64,000 bases of DNA. It comes from Paraspadella gotoi. Its lineage: Eukaryota > Animalia > Chaetognatha. The notes under the pieces were generated by a model that searched no databases, was not told the DNA's origin, and saw only the letters and a list, made by a program, of their open reading frames with translations. Below, one piece after another: positions 14,179 through 29,329 of this stretch. The stretch is from NCBI GenBank assembly GCA_051294375.1, contig CM119266.1:16920087-16984086 (forward strand), written 5' to 3'. Each line of letters begins with the position of its first letter. The first letter of the stretch is position 1. The position numbers were made by a program, and so were the translations under genes.

Positions 14179-17100
14179 AATCACGCTTACGAGAACAAAT
14201 ACGAATACGAAAATAAAACAGTAAGTGAAAGCGAATTTGTCAACAAAACGTGCACCTAAACAAAAATAAAATGAAAAATAAATCAATAAATGAAATTATA
14301 AATAAATAAGTATAAGATGGAAATTGATAAAGGATAAAACTAAAATAAAATGATATCGAATGAATGGCTCTTGGTTTTTTATTTTGTATGAGCAGTGCGG
14401 ACCACGATTCAGTTACAAAAAAAAAAAAAAAAGGTAAAGGCCCGATGAATTCTTCATAACCCTCGAGGAACGGAAGATATCGGTGTTCCATGAGAAAAAG
14501 GGAAAGGCGAAAAGAAAGCGCGAAAACGGAAAGATATAGACTTTTCGGAAAAAGAAAAATTTATTTTTTGTTTTTTTTTTTTTTGTTCGAAGCTGCGTTA
14601 TTATCCCTCAAGCGGATGTACAGTCACGGCGCGACGATAGTACGAATTACACGAAAATACGACCTCGCTCTCCAAGCTTGTCGGTAAACCACGAGGTAAC
14701 GACACAAAGACAGCTTTACTGCGGCTTATCGTCGCTTCTTTCATACTTCATATTGTATGTTTTTTTTGTTGTTGTAAATTTAATTAACGTTGTGGCACCT
14801 TTCTCTAAAAACTTTTGTTAATTGAGCTTATACGTTCCGAACGAGCTCTATAATGGTATCGTTTTACGTGGTTTTTTTGTTTTTTTTTTTTATTTTTCCC
14901 TTCCCCATAGAAACTTTATTCTACACCTTACTCTCGCTGCCAACCAACGACCGTCATTAGTAGTTTTAAGCGTAATATTGTCTCTTTAATCAAGAGTAAC
15001 CAAAGAAAACTATCAAAGAAACATGTTTAAAAGTTTAATATGTTTCAATCAATGAAGAATCCCAATGGATTTGACTACTGCTCTTCACTTGTGGAGTTTC
15101 TTTTTTGTTCTTCTAAATCGATCTGCGACTTTCAGGCTCCAAGTAATTTTCCTAAAAAGATTGGAAGAAGGAGAGTGCCTCGGATTTATCGGAGCTTGCA
15201 ACGGGACAGCGGGGCAATGGCAGTGAGAGGCACTAAAAAGGGTTGATGAGCGTACAGATTAGTTGGATTAACCGACATGGCGAGTATGGGTTGGAGATCG
15301 AAACGAGAACAAGAAAAAGGGCGGTTGAGGGCGAGTTAGCACTAGCGTTCAAAGTTCGCGATTTCAACCAATGAGACCTGGCAGAAGGTACGGAACGTAC
15401 CGCGTTTGCGTTGCAGAGATAGGCAATATGATCTAGAAGGCATAATCATCAAATTTAACGCAACGTTGAGTAGCATGGTTCTAGGAGCGAGGTGTGTCAC
15501 AAGTTAAAATATAGACTTTAGATTCCTGGATTCGCCGTTTATTTTATTGTCCTCTGTCAGGATACTGATCTCATTTGTCGTTTTGAACCTTGTCGACCTC
15601 AACTGATCGTCGTCGTCGTAGTCGCTCGTGTCGTTCGTCGTCGTTGTCCCGCGGTCGGTGGGTTTATTTCTAGTTCGATGTAAGAATGTATGAGTCTCGA
15701 CTCATTGCAAATCATTTGCGTGGTGCGATTTAACTGGCCTTTTAGAGGAGATCATTTTATTACTTTATATGTAATTTCGGAACATTAGTTTATACAAGAT
15801 TAAACGGTGCAGACTTGCTGAATCCAATTTGATTTACATATACTGATAACAATAAATCTCATATAATTACCTCTGGAAGAAGCAAGCTAAGAAAAAGAAC
15901 ACAGATCCTGTGACCGAAATAGGACGCCTGGCGAGCATCGCAAAAAACATTTATCGAATGGAGGAATCAGACGAAATACCAATGGAAAGAAACCATGATG
16001 TTGGTCTTGAGAGCGAAAAAAAAGATTCGAAAATCTATCTGGTAAATATTTCGAAGATCACATAATAGCAGATTTCGCTCTTTGCACCGCCTCATGTATT
16101 AAGATTCACCACCTTCTTTATCAGGCATTTCGATGGAATCCAATTTTTTTTTCCTTAGAAGAGGGGAGTCTTGGATTCTCACTGACGCTATGTCATCCTA
16201 GTATATATACGGTGTGGTTACTGACAAAACATCACACGAGAATGATCGAGGTAGAGAGGAGACGCATGAAATGAGGGTTATCTCTATGCATATATTACAT
16301 TCGTAAGGTGTTAAGGAAAACAGGAAGAAGATTGATTTGATATATAAAATGATAATATCCCAAACGAGCAAACGCATTTAACAGAGAAGGCTCTCGGCTT
16401 CTTGGGACTCTGTTAAGCAACTCCGCCACGCTAGAAATAACAAATCGAAGACTCGTGAAAGCACTAACAGACTACTCACGCGCGTCGATTTAACATAGTT
16501 TATAGAAGTATACGGTTCAAAATGTTGAGGAAGAGCGAGAAGGAAGATAGAAAAGTAGAGAGCAGATCTCCGTCACCAACACACGAAACGAGGATCTCTA
16601 TATAATAACGAATATCAGACTCAGAAGAGATTGTAGTGAAATCACACAGAAATTAACAGTTATTAAGGACTGAAGATGTATACCGAGCCTCCTGTGTCTC
16701 TATCTCCAATGTGGCTGGTCGAGAACATCTTGCGCTCTAGTTCAGTATGTATCTCTTTGTTAGCCTCCTAAGAGGATGTGCTTACTATTAGAGGGGACGG
16801 TCATATCTCTCTCAGATAGACACGGAGTGTTGGGAGAAAAATGAAGGAAAAGTTCCTTCGTCTTGTTTTTCATGCTAATTCTTTTTGCACTATTCATTTC
16901 CTTTGATTATTAACCTTAATCACTCCTGTTTTGTCTACCTTGTATCTCCGGCTTCTGCGTGCCTTTTATTTCCCTGATCTAAATCTGTTTATGCAAACGT
17001 TCCGCGGCTCACGTAGTAGTAAGAGAGAGGATAATAAATTAACAAACATGAAATCGCTACTAATCGCTTCTACTCTCTCCTCTCCCTCTCTGATATCCTC

Positions 17101-20100
17101 TGCGTCAACTCTTCATTCTCTCTCATCTGTCTTATCTCTCGAATACACTTCACGCACGACTCATTCAACTCCTAACACTAACACCTACTAAAAACACACG
17201 AGACGCGTTCTGAGGATCCCAAACACATGTGTATGTCACTATAAATTATAAATTTTTTTTGTTTTTTAAAATATATTGGTTTATAGACTTCAAATTATTT
17301 AAAGTATATATCCGCGCTGAATCGAAGAGATTTATCTGCAATATTAGTTAGGATTAAATATGTAAGTTAATATGAAATTTCTAAGGATGAACAATTCATG
17401 ATCGATGTAAATAGTCAATAATGATCACTAATCACTCAATGCTGGCGCTACGATGCGATAAATTTAGCAATCCGCAGTCGAGAGAGAGCAATACATCACG
17501 CATTGTCTGGACTGTTGTTTTTAGAGACAGTGCAATCAAGAATCGCGAATATATAAAAAGGGGCTGAGGGGAACGAATATTGTACTATTCATCACTTCGA
17601 CATTCACACCATTACACTCCACTCGTTCATCTTTGCTATTACTCTACGCACTGCATCGCAATCTATTCACGCATATTCTCACGTTTGTCTGATGGTATAG
17701 TACTTAATCACACACGCGGAAGGGATCGGCTAAGTCCACGGGTAGGTGACACAACTCTCGACCTACAACGTAATTAAACAGTTCAAAATTATAACAAGAT
17801 TTTGATTCTCTCTCACACGCACTTCAAGCCAACACGTTGAGTGGAGGGGGGGAGTTACATCTTTTGCTGTTTTACCTTGTTGTTATTCTCTCCTCTTATT
17901 TTATCTTCTGTGGTCCTGGGGTTCCCTGTTCCCTTGTGTAGGACTTACCTGCAACGAAAAAGAGGCGCATTGTGTTGAGTGTTCGAGCTTATGAGTCATA
18001 CATATATGTGTGATACGACTGTAGCTTAACCTTGGGCTTGATACGCTCCCTCTATGTCGAGAGGAAAGAGCATTCTTCTTCCTTGGTCCTGTCTTCACAA
18101 CGTCGACAGTAAAAACTTCATTCCCGCGGATCCTTTGCTTCAACCTTTTTCTCTTCCAATCTTTTTCGTAGGTTATTCTTTTACATCGTTTACACACTCC
18201 GTCTCTCATTCGCTTTATTTTAATTTATTCTTCTCTCTAAGAGATAAGAAATTTAAATATTTTGTTTTTAAAACTGGTAGCGATATGATGTACTGCGCGT
18301 CCTATTCCCCAGCTGGCCAGATACCAATGTGAGTAAATAAAATCCTCCGAGAGAGAACGTTCATCTTGCGCTTGAAGCATGCGGCGGGCCCCTAATGACA
18401 CGTTGATAATTTTCTAATATACTCGAATCAATTTGCGAAGATGCTGAAGCCATTAACATCACAGCAGATGTTGAAAAAATGTATTCTGAAGGGAAATTGT
18501 CTTGTTTATTCAATGATTATACAAATTTTAATCGTGCAATTTTGAGGTTTTTATCGTGTCGGATTTCTTCTGTTTTAGTTTTTGTATATCAAAATAAAAA
18601 ATATCTAAATAACAAAACCAAATAATTTAGTACTTTCGATCTGTGCGAGCTATCCGGGTCGCACGTCTTGGTTATTAGTGGAGAGGTCGGTTTTTTTTAT
18701 GTTTCATTAGGAGAGGGATGGCATGATTAGAGAGGTGCCTGCTAAGAGAAATTTAAAGAAGAATGCAAGGAGAGAGACGCAGGACATGAAGAGAGAGTAG
18801 AGAGAGAGGATCGAGAAAAATTAGTTTGGAATTATTATACTTTCTGCCTCTGAGCCCGTCGAGTAGTCGTGACTACGATTACAGAAAATAGAGGTAGGAA
18901 CGGAGTAAATCGGAGGACTAAGCATAGGGGACAACGGGCGAAGGGAAAGGTATAAAGGATCAGGAAGAAGAACAAGACGATGGACTCTTCTTTCCATTCC
19001 AATGAGGCGTCATGGTTGGATTTTCAAATTGGCATTCTGCATCCCTTGGCTACAATTACTCTCTACTCTCAAAGCAGTGTCTATTTTTCCCCAACGCTCA
19101 CTCTGAGCATAGTACTACCAAGCTATGTCGTAATGATCGCTCTTTTTGTATTTTATCTATCACCACTTTACAATTTATTTACAAATCATTTTTACAAAAG
19201 TTTTGGTGTGGACCGAGCGAAACTCCCTGCCCTCCTTCCTCCCATCCTCTCTTCCCATTCTAACATGTCTCTTTCCCTTTCTTCTTCATTCACTTTTCCT
19301 ATTTCTCTACACGCATCTAACTCCTCCCGCCTTATAGTTTGAAGGCGCAATATAATTTGCAATTGCACGTGACTCTCAGTTTATATTGAGTGTGAAATCC
19401 AATTTTTTTTAATTTTTTTACTTTGCCGACTATTCTTGAATCCTATTCAAAATAATTCACTAAGGGATTAGATGTAAAATCCCCGACTGAAGAAACCCGG
19501 CCTCTCTCAACGGGTGGGTGGTGAAGAAAAACAAAAAAAACAACTAAGTTCCGCTAAAGTTTTTCTCCACTGGTTCTATTTTAATGAATACTTCGGATAT
19601 TTTATTTGATTTCCGGACACCCAGCCACAATCAACAGAACCAGGATTCCAGATGGGGCGCAGTCTCTATTCTCACCACTAAAATAACATACGGCCTTGGA
19701 CAATGTACATTATTAGCCCCAATTTAAATTATCCTAAATTTTTTAAAGTTTTATGCATACTTCCTTAGCTGGCTCTATTGCTCCTCACAACGCCTCCCAT
19801 CACGAGAAATAAAATCAATTCGCTTTGATCTTCTTTTTATTTTTTCTCTTCGACATTCATTTCTTTTTACTCAATTTCTCTCTCTCTCTATCTCTCAGAT
19901 CAACTCATCTCGTTCGTCTCTACTATACTCCTTCTCTCCTCTCCTCCTCTCCTCTCTCTTCTTCTCCTCCCTCTCTCTCTCCTCATGGCACATCTCTCTC
20001 TACTCACTATTGTCTTGAAGTAGGACTATATCCTTCATTTGACACACACAGTGAACGAAAGCTTGCTTTTTATTTTGCCCATTCCTGATTCTGTCTACTG

Positions 20101-21260
20101 ACGGTGTCACCAAGGACTGCTCTCATTACATGTACCATATCATTTGCTATATTATTATACATGTTTATTAATTGTAGTCAATTATGTATACTGTCTGTGA
20201 AAATAAAAGTTATATTTTATAGAGTGATCTAGAAACCACTAGATAATGTTGATACCGTAATCAATTTTGTGTTTTTTATATTCTTTTCCTTCTTTGAAAA
20301 TTCGCTAGCGCCTTGTTTATCTGTTTTAGAAAATTACAGCGGTTTGAATGAACGTTTTAATTCATTGAAAAAGGCGTTATTCATCTGAAGATTTATAGAA
20401 GCCAAAAATTCTATATCTTTCATGTGAAAAGTTGATGGGTGTCCCAAAAAAAGGTAGCAAGTGATTATAGTCTATTTGTTTTTTCGTACTATCAGTTACT
20501 ACCAGAGTCTATCATATCCGAGAAGAAATTCGAGTTAAGATGATAACTGACAGATTAAAACCAAATAATATTATGTAACCAAGATGAACATGTACAACCA
20601 ATATCTGTAAATCGATTTATCCTAAAGTGAGTGTAAAAAGAGTAAATATTATAAATACATTTTTTTTTTGATCATATTTATAAACACTCATTAGGAAAAT
20701 AATACTAGTTATAATATAATAATTAATAGTTTTAATATCAGAGAAGAAGTAGTAAGATATATGGAAGTAATATTGATACTTTTTTTGTTTGTTCAATTTT
20801 ATAAACACTTTAATATTAAACTTAAAATATTATATTTTTAAATACGCGCCAAGTAGGATATTTTTTATGATATCATCATATTTTCTTTATTATATACGCT
20901 AATGAGCTGTTTAGTATGCAAACTAAGTATATAATTCTTATCAATAATTTTTAATTTTAATTCCAAAACAAATATAATAATAAATACTTAAAGTAGAATA
21001 GAGTTAATAGTGATGATAAGTTATAGTATTAATAAATCTATAAGAGTAAGACAAGAAAATGTTATTAATAAATTTTAATTAAAATTTTGAGTATGCATTG
21101 TTTGGGCTAGTTGATAAGAAATCGCTAATGCGACGTTATATAAATCAAGTTTTCTCTGAATTTTTTTTATGTCTCCGTTCTAATATTACATCCGATACTA
21201 TCTCTATCGAACTAAGGTGAAATAAGTCAAAATTTATTAAATAATCTTCTAAATTCTTCT
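13916..21260 (+). repeat. Segment B, copy 1 (very noisy, mosaic)
   Basis: Collinear with ~30365-35295, e.g. 'caggctccaagtaattttcctaaaaagattggaagaaggagagtg' at ~15133 and ~31549. Confidence 0.9.
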
Positions 21261-21829
21261 TTCCTCCTTGACATAAATAGACGACCCAAACTACCCCGGT
21301 GGAGAAAAAGATCGATTGTCACGCATATTTATTCATGGAGGTATAATATAATAAAAACAACGAGTAAGACGATTTTTTAGATTAAATATTTTTTTGTTTT
21401 TTATTAAATCCTAATTTGATATTTGACACATTATCATCACGGGGTCGACTATCCGCAGACAAAAGAGTTATACGAGTCGAGATGTAAACTCAAATAAAGG
21501 AGAAAAACTTAGTATCAATAAAAATACAAAAAAACTTATATATATTAATCGAGCAATTAGGCTGTAATTTAACTCATTACCCAACTTAAAAGTGATGTTA
21601 CATAAACATTAATATACGTATTATACTATTTTTTGTGATAAAAATTTTTTTATTATTAAGGACTAGAATAATTAATCAAATGCACTTCTTCAGTGCAAAA
21701 AGATCAATATACCTCATATCTCGACATATTATTTGATTTTATCATTTTTTTCTAGGGGGGGAGTTGTGCGACTATGATCTATTGAATGGTCGAAGAGAAA
21801 GAATGATCTGGGGGGTGAAAGTAAATTCC

Positions 21830-22324
21830 TAATAATAGAATCTCAGGCGAGTTGTTTGCTGTTTCCCACCAACTCTGAGAGACCGGCCTTCGGGATTTTA
21901 CAAATCCCAGGTTATGAAATCAAGAAGCCGGTATTGTGGCGGCAAGCAACTCCTGGTGATCTAATAGAAAGTATAAAAAGGGAAACCTAGAGAGAGAGAG
22001 AGGCAGATCCTCTCCCAACACAAAAAACTTTTTGTAAAAATTTGATGTAAATAAAAATTGTGTGAAATAAAATACAAAACTCTTAACCATCTTGTTCTAT
22101 TCTATCATTTGGGGACAGCCTCAGTCAGAGTATTGTAAGCCCAGGGATGCTACAGTAACGCACTTCGTGAATGGAAAAGAAGAGTCTCGTCTGTTTCTTT
22201 CCTTCCTTTCCTTTTATACCTTTCTCCCTCTTTGTCTGCCTTTACCCCCTTCCTCCTTTTATTCCTCTTTTCTTAATCGCGTATGCAAACGCCTCGGGCT
22301 CAGAGGAAAAGATAAATAATTCAC

Positions 22325-22355
<31 letters not shown>

Positions 22356-22400
22356 GTCTCTCTCTCTCTCTCTCCTCTCTTAGTCCGCTTCACCGCTACC
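21830..22400 (+). repeat. ~0.6 kb segment C, also at ~16330-17220 (+) and ~18750-19580 (-)
   Basis: 'gaaaagaagagtc..gtc' (22175) is the reverse complement of 'gac..gactcttctttcc' (18977); 'gggattttacaaatccc' (21892) matches the reverse complement at ~19464; 'atgcaaacg' context matches 16990. Confidence 0.65.
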
Positions 22401-22469
22401 CCTATTCAAAAACACCAGCACGACACCGCTGGTCCCCTTAAGCAAGAGTTCATTATTTTGATATTAAAA

Positions 22470-23243
22470 AATATTATTATAATTTATATTTAGATATAAT
22501 ATATTATAATATATTATTTTATTAATAAAAAATTTAAATACTTATATCTACGCTTATAACTAACTACGTAATATTATAATATTTCAAATTGGCTTTAATA
22601 AAAAAAATATTTTATTAATATTAAGTTTTTATAAAATTAAAAAAAATTTATTTACTACCTTTTTTTACCCTTTTTGATTAAACTTAATTATTATTTTTTA
22701 TATTATTTTTTTAATATTTTTAATTTTTTAAAAAAAATTTTTATAATCTTATTTTATAACTCCTGAAAACGATTTACAGATATTTGGTGTAGTCACTGTG
22801 TTACAAATATTATTTGGTTTTTAATCTTCAGTTCACTAATCAATCTTCTCGGAAGACGGAGACTGATAGTCGAAAAAAAAAAATAGAATTAATCACTGCC
22901 CTTTTTTTTTTGGACACCCATCCTTTTTCATGAAAGATATAGATTTTTGCTTTCTTAAATCTTCAATAATAAGCCCTTTTATATTGAATTAAAACTTCAT
23001 TCACCGCTTTATTTTCTAAAACAGATAAACCAAGGCGCTAAGCGATTTTTAAAGAGGAAAAGAAAAAAAAATTATTACGGTTCAACTTATTAGGTTCAAC
23101 ACTAATATATTTTTCAAGGACAAAAACGATAAATAATAAAACTAATTGCGATAGGATTAATGAGACGGTGACACGTCAGGAAAAGATGGGCAAAAGAAAA
23201 AAAAGCTTCGACTTTTCGTGATATGTTATACCATAGAGAGGAG

Positions 23244-23281
<38 letters not shown>

Positions 23282-26200
23282 TGAGAGAGAGAAGATGAGA
23301 GAGAGAGAGAGAGAGAGAAGAGAGAAGTTTTGAAGTAAAAGAAAGATTATTCTTAGCGTTGTAAGCAATAAGCCAGCTAAGAAGTTTGCATGACAAACTT
23401 TTTAAAAATTTAGGATAATTTAAATTTAGATTTACCTGTTCAAAGCAATTATTTGTGTGAGAAATATCCCCATGTATCCTTTCGATCAATAAATTCGAGG
23501 AAAATTAGCGATTTTTCTAGATTCTAGATTTTTGGGATATTGGAAAGTAAAAAAAAATTTCACACCCATAACGAAATACGTTTGAATTATGAGCTCAAAC
23601 TAAGGCGGAGGTAGGTAGAGGAGAGAGAGAGAGAATGTAAGATGGATGGGGAAGGAGGGGGGAAGGGTGAAAGAAAAGAGTAGAGAGCGAGAGCGAGAGC
23701 GTTGAAAATAAAAGTTTGAAGAGAGAAATGAAATTGAAGGTCGCAGTTTTGACGCTTCTCGCCGTGACTACCCGAGATTGACGCTTCACGCGCAAAATTT
23801 TTTTTTCTCGATTTTCTGAATTTTTAAATTCAGGTTAAAAAATTCAAAACAAACGACGGTTGCGACAAGAGCTATTGTTAATTTAAAAAAAATTGCACAA
23901 AATTGTAAATCTTGAAAATACATTTGGAATTGACAATTTTAATACATATCCTTATGTTTAATGGCTTTATCATTCCGCAAATTTGATTCTATATTAGAAA
24001 ATTATCAACGTGCCTAGGAGCAGAAAGTTACTTTTAGATTATTACTCACATTATTGCTGGTAGCACGCGATACATCATATCGCTCCAGTTTTTAAAAACA
24101 AAATATTTAAATTTCTTATCTCTTAGAGAGAAAAAAAAATAGCGAATTGATAACGGATTGTAAACGATTGTAAAATGGAAAAATTCTCGAGCGAAAAAGA
24201 TTGGAAGAGAAAAGTTGAAGCAAAGGATCCGGCGATGAAGTTTTTACGTCGACGGAAGACAAGTAAAGCGAAGAAGAGCGCGTAGAAAGAGGAGGAGAGA
24301 AGAAGAAGAAAAAGGAGAAGAAGAAAAAGGAGAAGAAGAAAAAGGAGAGAAGGCGGAACACATAGTAGGCGGGGAGATTATAAAAATCAAAAAAGGTTTT
24401 GAAAATTCATCTCATAGTTAGCAAAAAGAGGATTATTTTATTAATCATATTATGAATATATTTTCATTGGATTCTGATTGACCTTTTTAAAAACAATCAA
24501 AATGTAATGTTTTTATTCAGAAAAATGTTACTAAAATTTGCTAATTTTATCGAATCGCTTGATGATATTTTCCATTTTGACTAATTTTCATCATAATTTT
24601 CAAGTTTAATATTTACTTTATCGAAATTTTGATAACTATCAGAATCCGTAATTTAAAAAAAAATTTAACCATTTCTATTTTATTAATTAATGCAAATGTG
24701 TTTTTAAACCATTTCTATTTTATTAATTTATGCTAATGTGTTTCAGTACAATAAATGAAAGTGCCAGGATTCAAGAGGGAGGAGGTGAGCTGATGCGATT
24801 CATGTTTTGGGTATTAAAACCTCTTTAAAAACTGACGGATAAACCAATAATTAATCAAGAAAACCGAGCATCATTAACCAAATTTTTATCATTATAAAAA
24901 GATTAGCTTAAAAAAAATTACCCCAATTTCTTCCAACCCGAGTTATTGAAAAACTCCCTCTAAAACATAAGGCAAGGAAGAACTCCAAGATGTTGACACA
25001 GACTGGAAGCTCGAGTGCTTCGTAATCATCTTCATCCTAAAAGTTAATCGACGTCGTCGTCGTCGTTGCAGTTGTCTCATCGTCTTTGCTCGTATTTATC
25101 TTCCTTCAATAAACATTGCGTAACGTTTTAAACTTTAAAGGCTGAGGTTCTTATGGTTTACATGGACGTTTTCCTGGCGGTTGCTCGGCAAAACTGTCAT
25201 GCCTTTCTCTTTTGGTTTTTTTTTAATCATATCTTCTAACCCACGAATGTAATATCTGGACCAATCATTTGTGTTTTCTCATAAACTGGGAAGTTTGATA
25301 AACACCCGAAATACTAGAAGATTAGCGCAGAATCAGTATTCATGGAAATTCCAATCGAAGTCTTAAAGGTGAAAACAGAGGCCGGAAAGGAAAGCCTTTT
25401 TATCTTCGAAATATTTACCAGATAAATTTTTCGAATCTTTTTTTCGCCCAAGACCAAATCATGTTTTTCATTTGTATTTCGTCTGATCCTTTCCAGTGTG
25501 TTTTTTGCGCTGGAAGGTGCTCGCCAGGCGTCTATTTCGGTCACAGATCTGGTTCTTTTTTCTTGTATGCTTCTCCAGAGGTTATATGCAGATTTGTTAC
25601 ATGAAAATCAAATTGGATTCAAGCAAGTATGCACCGTTTAATGCTGAAACTAATGTTTGAAATTAAGATTAAAGTTAAAAATTATCCCTAACAAGGCCAT
25701 TAAACACCAAATTTATTTGCAATGAGAAACGATATCATTACATCGAAAGAATAAAACCCACCGACGCCGCGAACCGAACGACGACGACGACGACGAACGA
25801 CGACGACGACGTTGAGGTCGACGAAGAACAATGAATCAGTTTCTGTAAGGGACAATAAAATAAACGGCGAATCCAGGGATCAATCATTTTTTAACTTGTG
25901 ACACACCTCGCCTTCACCATTCTGCTTCAACGTTGCGTTTAGAATGATTATGCCTTCTAGATCATATCCTATCTCTCAAGCCAAACCGCGGTACGTTCCG
26001 TCTCTCCATCTCATGGTTGAAATCCGAACTTTGACCTAGTGCTAACGACTCAACCGCCTTTTTCTTGTTCGTTCGACTCCAACCCATTCTCGCCTGTCGG
26101 TTAATCCAATTCACTTCTCTGTCGCTATTCAACCTTTTTAGTGCCATCTCACTTGCCATTCCCCTTCCCGTTGCAAGCTCCGATAAATCCGAGCACTCTC

Positions 26201-27182
26201 CTTCTTCCAATCTTTTAGGAAAATTACTTGGAGCCTGAAGTCGCAGATCGGATTTAAAACAAAAAAGAACTCCACAAGTGAAAGCAGTAACAAATCCATT
26301 GGGATTCCTTTGTGATTGAAACATATTAAACTTTTTAAAACATGTTTCTTGATTAGTTTCTTTGGTTACTTGTTGAAAGAGACATATTACGCTTAAAACT
26401 ACTAATGACGTCGTTGGTTGGCACGAAAGTAAGGTGAGATAAAGTTTTATGGGAAGAAAAAAAAAAAAAACAAAAAAAACCAAAAAACACGTAAAACGTA
26501 CATAAGAGCTCGTCGGAACGTAGAGCGTCAATTAACAAAAGTTTTAGAGAAAGGTGGCCACACGTTAATTTAAAGTTACAACAACAAAAAAAACATAAAT
26601 ATGAAAGTATGAAAGAAGCGACGAAAGCCGCAGTAAAGCTGTCTTTGGTCGTTACCACTCGTGGTTACCGACATGGAGAGCGATGGTCGTATTTTCGTGT
26701 TAATTCGTACTATTCGTCGCGCCGTGACTGTACATCCGCTTGAGTTGATAATAACCAGCTTCGAACAAAAAAAACAAAAAAACAAAAAAATAAATTTTCT
26801 TTCTCGAAAAGTCTATATCTTTCCGTTTCGCTTTCTTCGCCTTTCCTTTTTTCTCATGGACACCCGATATCTTCCGTTCCTCGAGGGTTATGAAAGGACT
26901 TTCTCCGCTCCTTTTTGTTTTTTTTTGTAACTGTAATCGTGGTCCACGCGACTTGGCTCAATACAAATAAAAAACCAAGACCCTTCATTCGATATCATTT
27001 TATTTTAGTTTTTACCTTTCAATTCCATCTTATTACTTATTTATTTATAATTTCATTTATTGATTTATTTTTTCATTTATTTTGTTTAGGTGCTAACGTT
27101 TTGTGACAAATTCGCTTTCACTTACTGTTTTATTTTTCGTATTCGTATTTGTTCTCGTAATCGTGATTTTTTCATCATCATC

Positions 27183-27222
<40 letters not shown>

Positions 27223-27464
27223 TCATCGTCCGTTCGTGTCGTCGTCGTCATCTTCTTCATCTTGTGTGCATTTCCTCTCATTTCTCTAATAAAAAGTTAC
27301 ATTTAGTTAATTTAGTTAATTTATATGAACGTGTAAATATGTTTTGAGCAGAGATGATTATCGAGTATATTAACACGAAAGTTCAAAAAAAATGTTTTTA
27401 CTGTGTCTCATTGTATGTATTAGAATGATCGTCGCAAAAAAAAAAGTGGAGATATTCCGATAAG
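22470..27464 (-). repeat. Segment B, copy 2 (inverted), including the A/B junction
   Basis: Reverse complement of ~30365-35110 at high identity. Its right end 'gtggagatattccgataaga' is the reverse complement of the end of segment A (2410-2430). Confidence 0.95.
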
Positions 27465-29329
27465 AAAAAAAACTAAAATAAAATGATATCGAATGAAAGG
27501 GTCTTGGTTTTTTATTTTGTATTGAGCCAAGTCGCGGACCACGATTACAGTTACAAAAAAAAAAAAAAAAAATGCTTCCTGGATAAGTGTTTTTAGGTAT
27601 CGAACTTTTTTTTTACTAGCCTCAAATCCGACAGTTTAACCCTGCAATGTGCTGAGAGGACAACGCCATCGCTCTCAGAGATAGAAGCGATTCTCTTTTA
27701 GCCTCTCTTTGTGAAGTTTTCTCTGCCTCTCTCGGGTATCGGCTCCTTAGATCGGCCTCCTCCTTACGCGATGTGGATATATATGATATCATCAATTGAA
27801 TAATATGAGGAGATCCGTTATCGTCCTTAAAAGTCCGTCACCAGTGGAGCCACCTCAATTAATTTCAGCAAATTCTCCTGTTTTTTTCAGTGACAACTGG
27901 TGTCTCTCTCCTTCCGCTGCGTACTTTTATGTACTGCGCCCCAGACGCGAGGTATTACAAAGTCCAGAAGGATCACGTTTATTGTATATCCGAGTAGCGT
28001 TGTGCTGACGTGTTCGTAGGGCTTTTCCGAAATCCGCCTGCAGGAATCGAGCGGTATTTCGATATCCGAGCGAACTGAAGGCCGAATCAGGTGCATTTAG
28101 ATCTGACGACGCTTTATTTCGGTTTTTATAAATATTAAATAATCTTCTGAATAAGCGCGTCAAAACCTCGTTTCTATTAAAAAACCATATTTTGAGAAAA
28201 TAATTCCTGGTTCGTACACTACACAACTAAAATTATGGGCCCGAACTCCTTTACCACCACCGAGGAAATCCATTTCGCGATACAGAGCCTCTGCGTCTTG
28301 GCCCAGGTCGAAAAGAGTTTTTTCCTCACGGGCACTGCATCTCTCTAATCATCTATATTTTGATTTGTTTTTCGCTAGCAGACTCTCAGAGAGCGGAAGA
28401 AAATGGATTAGAGACGCGCTTTTAGTCAATCCGGTAGGGCCATGCCATCAGTGCACGAAAGGCCGCAAGAGAGATCAAAAAGAAAAAAAACTCTTGCCGA
28501 TTAAATTCGGATTTTCAAGGCGAGCATAATAAGTCGTAAGCCGAAGTTAGGCCCAATAAGGCGAGCATTTTCTGAGTGTTTTCTTCACGACCGCTAAAGC
28601 TTCGGAAGATCGGACTTGTTGATGTAAAGTTTTTGACATGTGGGTAATGCCAATCATAACGTAAGTCCGTGCTCTCCCGGGGTCGTCTTCCAAATCGGTT
28701 CTGATTCAAGAGCTATGAAATCACGTCATTTGTTGGAGATAAAGCCGCTCGACGAATTTTTAAGCATTTTTAAAGCTTCATTTCCAGCAAGGGATGACGG
28801 TAAGTACATAATAATTGCTTTTTTAAACGAAAGTGATACTGTGCGGTTTAAAAAAATAAAATCCAAAATAAATATAACCATAAAACCCCAAACAGTATAA
28901 TGGTCGAAAAAAAATTGTAAAAATCAAACATTAAAAATCATAAAAAATGTGAAATAAGAAATTTTATTTTTAAAAATATTGGCAACAAAAAATGGCACGC
29001 ACGCGCTCATGGGAATAAATTTAGTAAAAAAAGTGTTCACTTTGTTAAATTGTGCAAGAAATTCCATACCTCACCCAAAAACACAGTAAAACGAGTACCT
29101 TTCGCAAGAGCGAAGCACGCTACCAACACTTAAATTAATTAATGCTGCAGGAAAAAGATGGTGTGAGAAACTGAATGAGGAGGTACTTAAATAAAATATA
29201 TGTATGGTCAATCCATCCAAGAATCTATAATAGTTCTCTTTGTTCCTCAATCAAACAATCGAGAAAAACTCATTATGTAATAACTGAAAGATGAGCTAAA
29301 CAGCACAAACGTCATAACTTGATTAGCGA

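Noticed and set aside
25962-26531. 189-aa ORF (and the 200-aa ORF at 31139) as intact genes
   Set aside because: They run through T-rich intron-like sequence and the frames differ between repeat copies.
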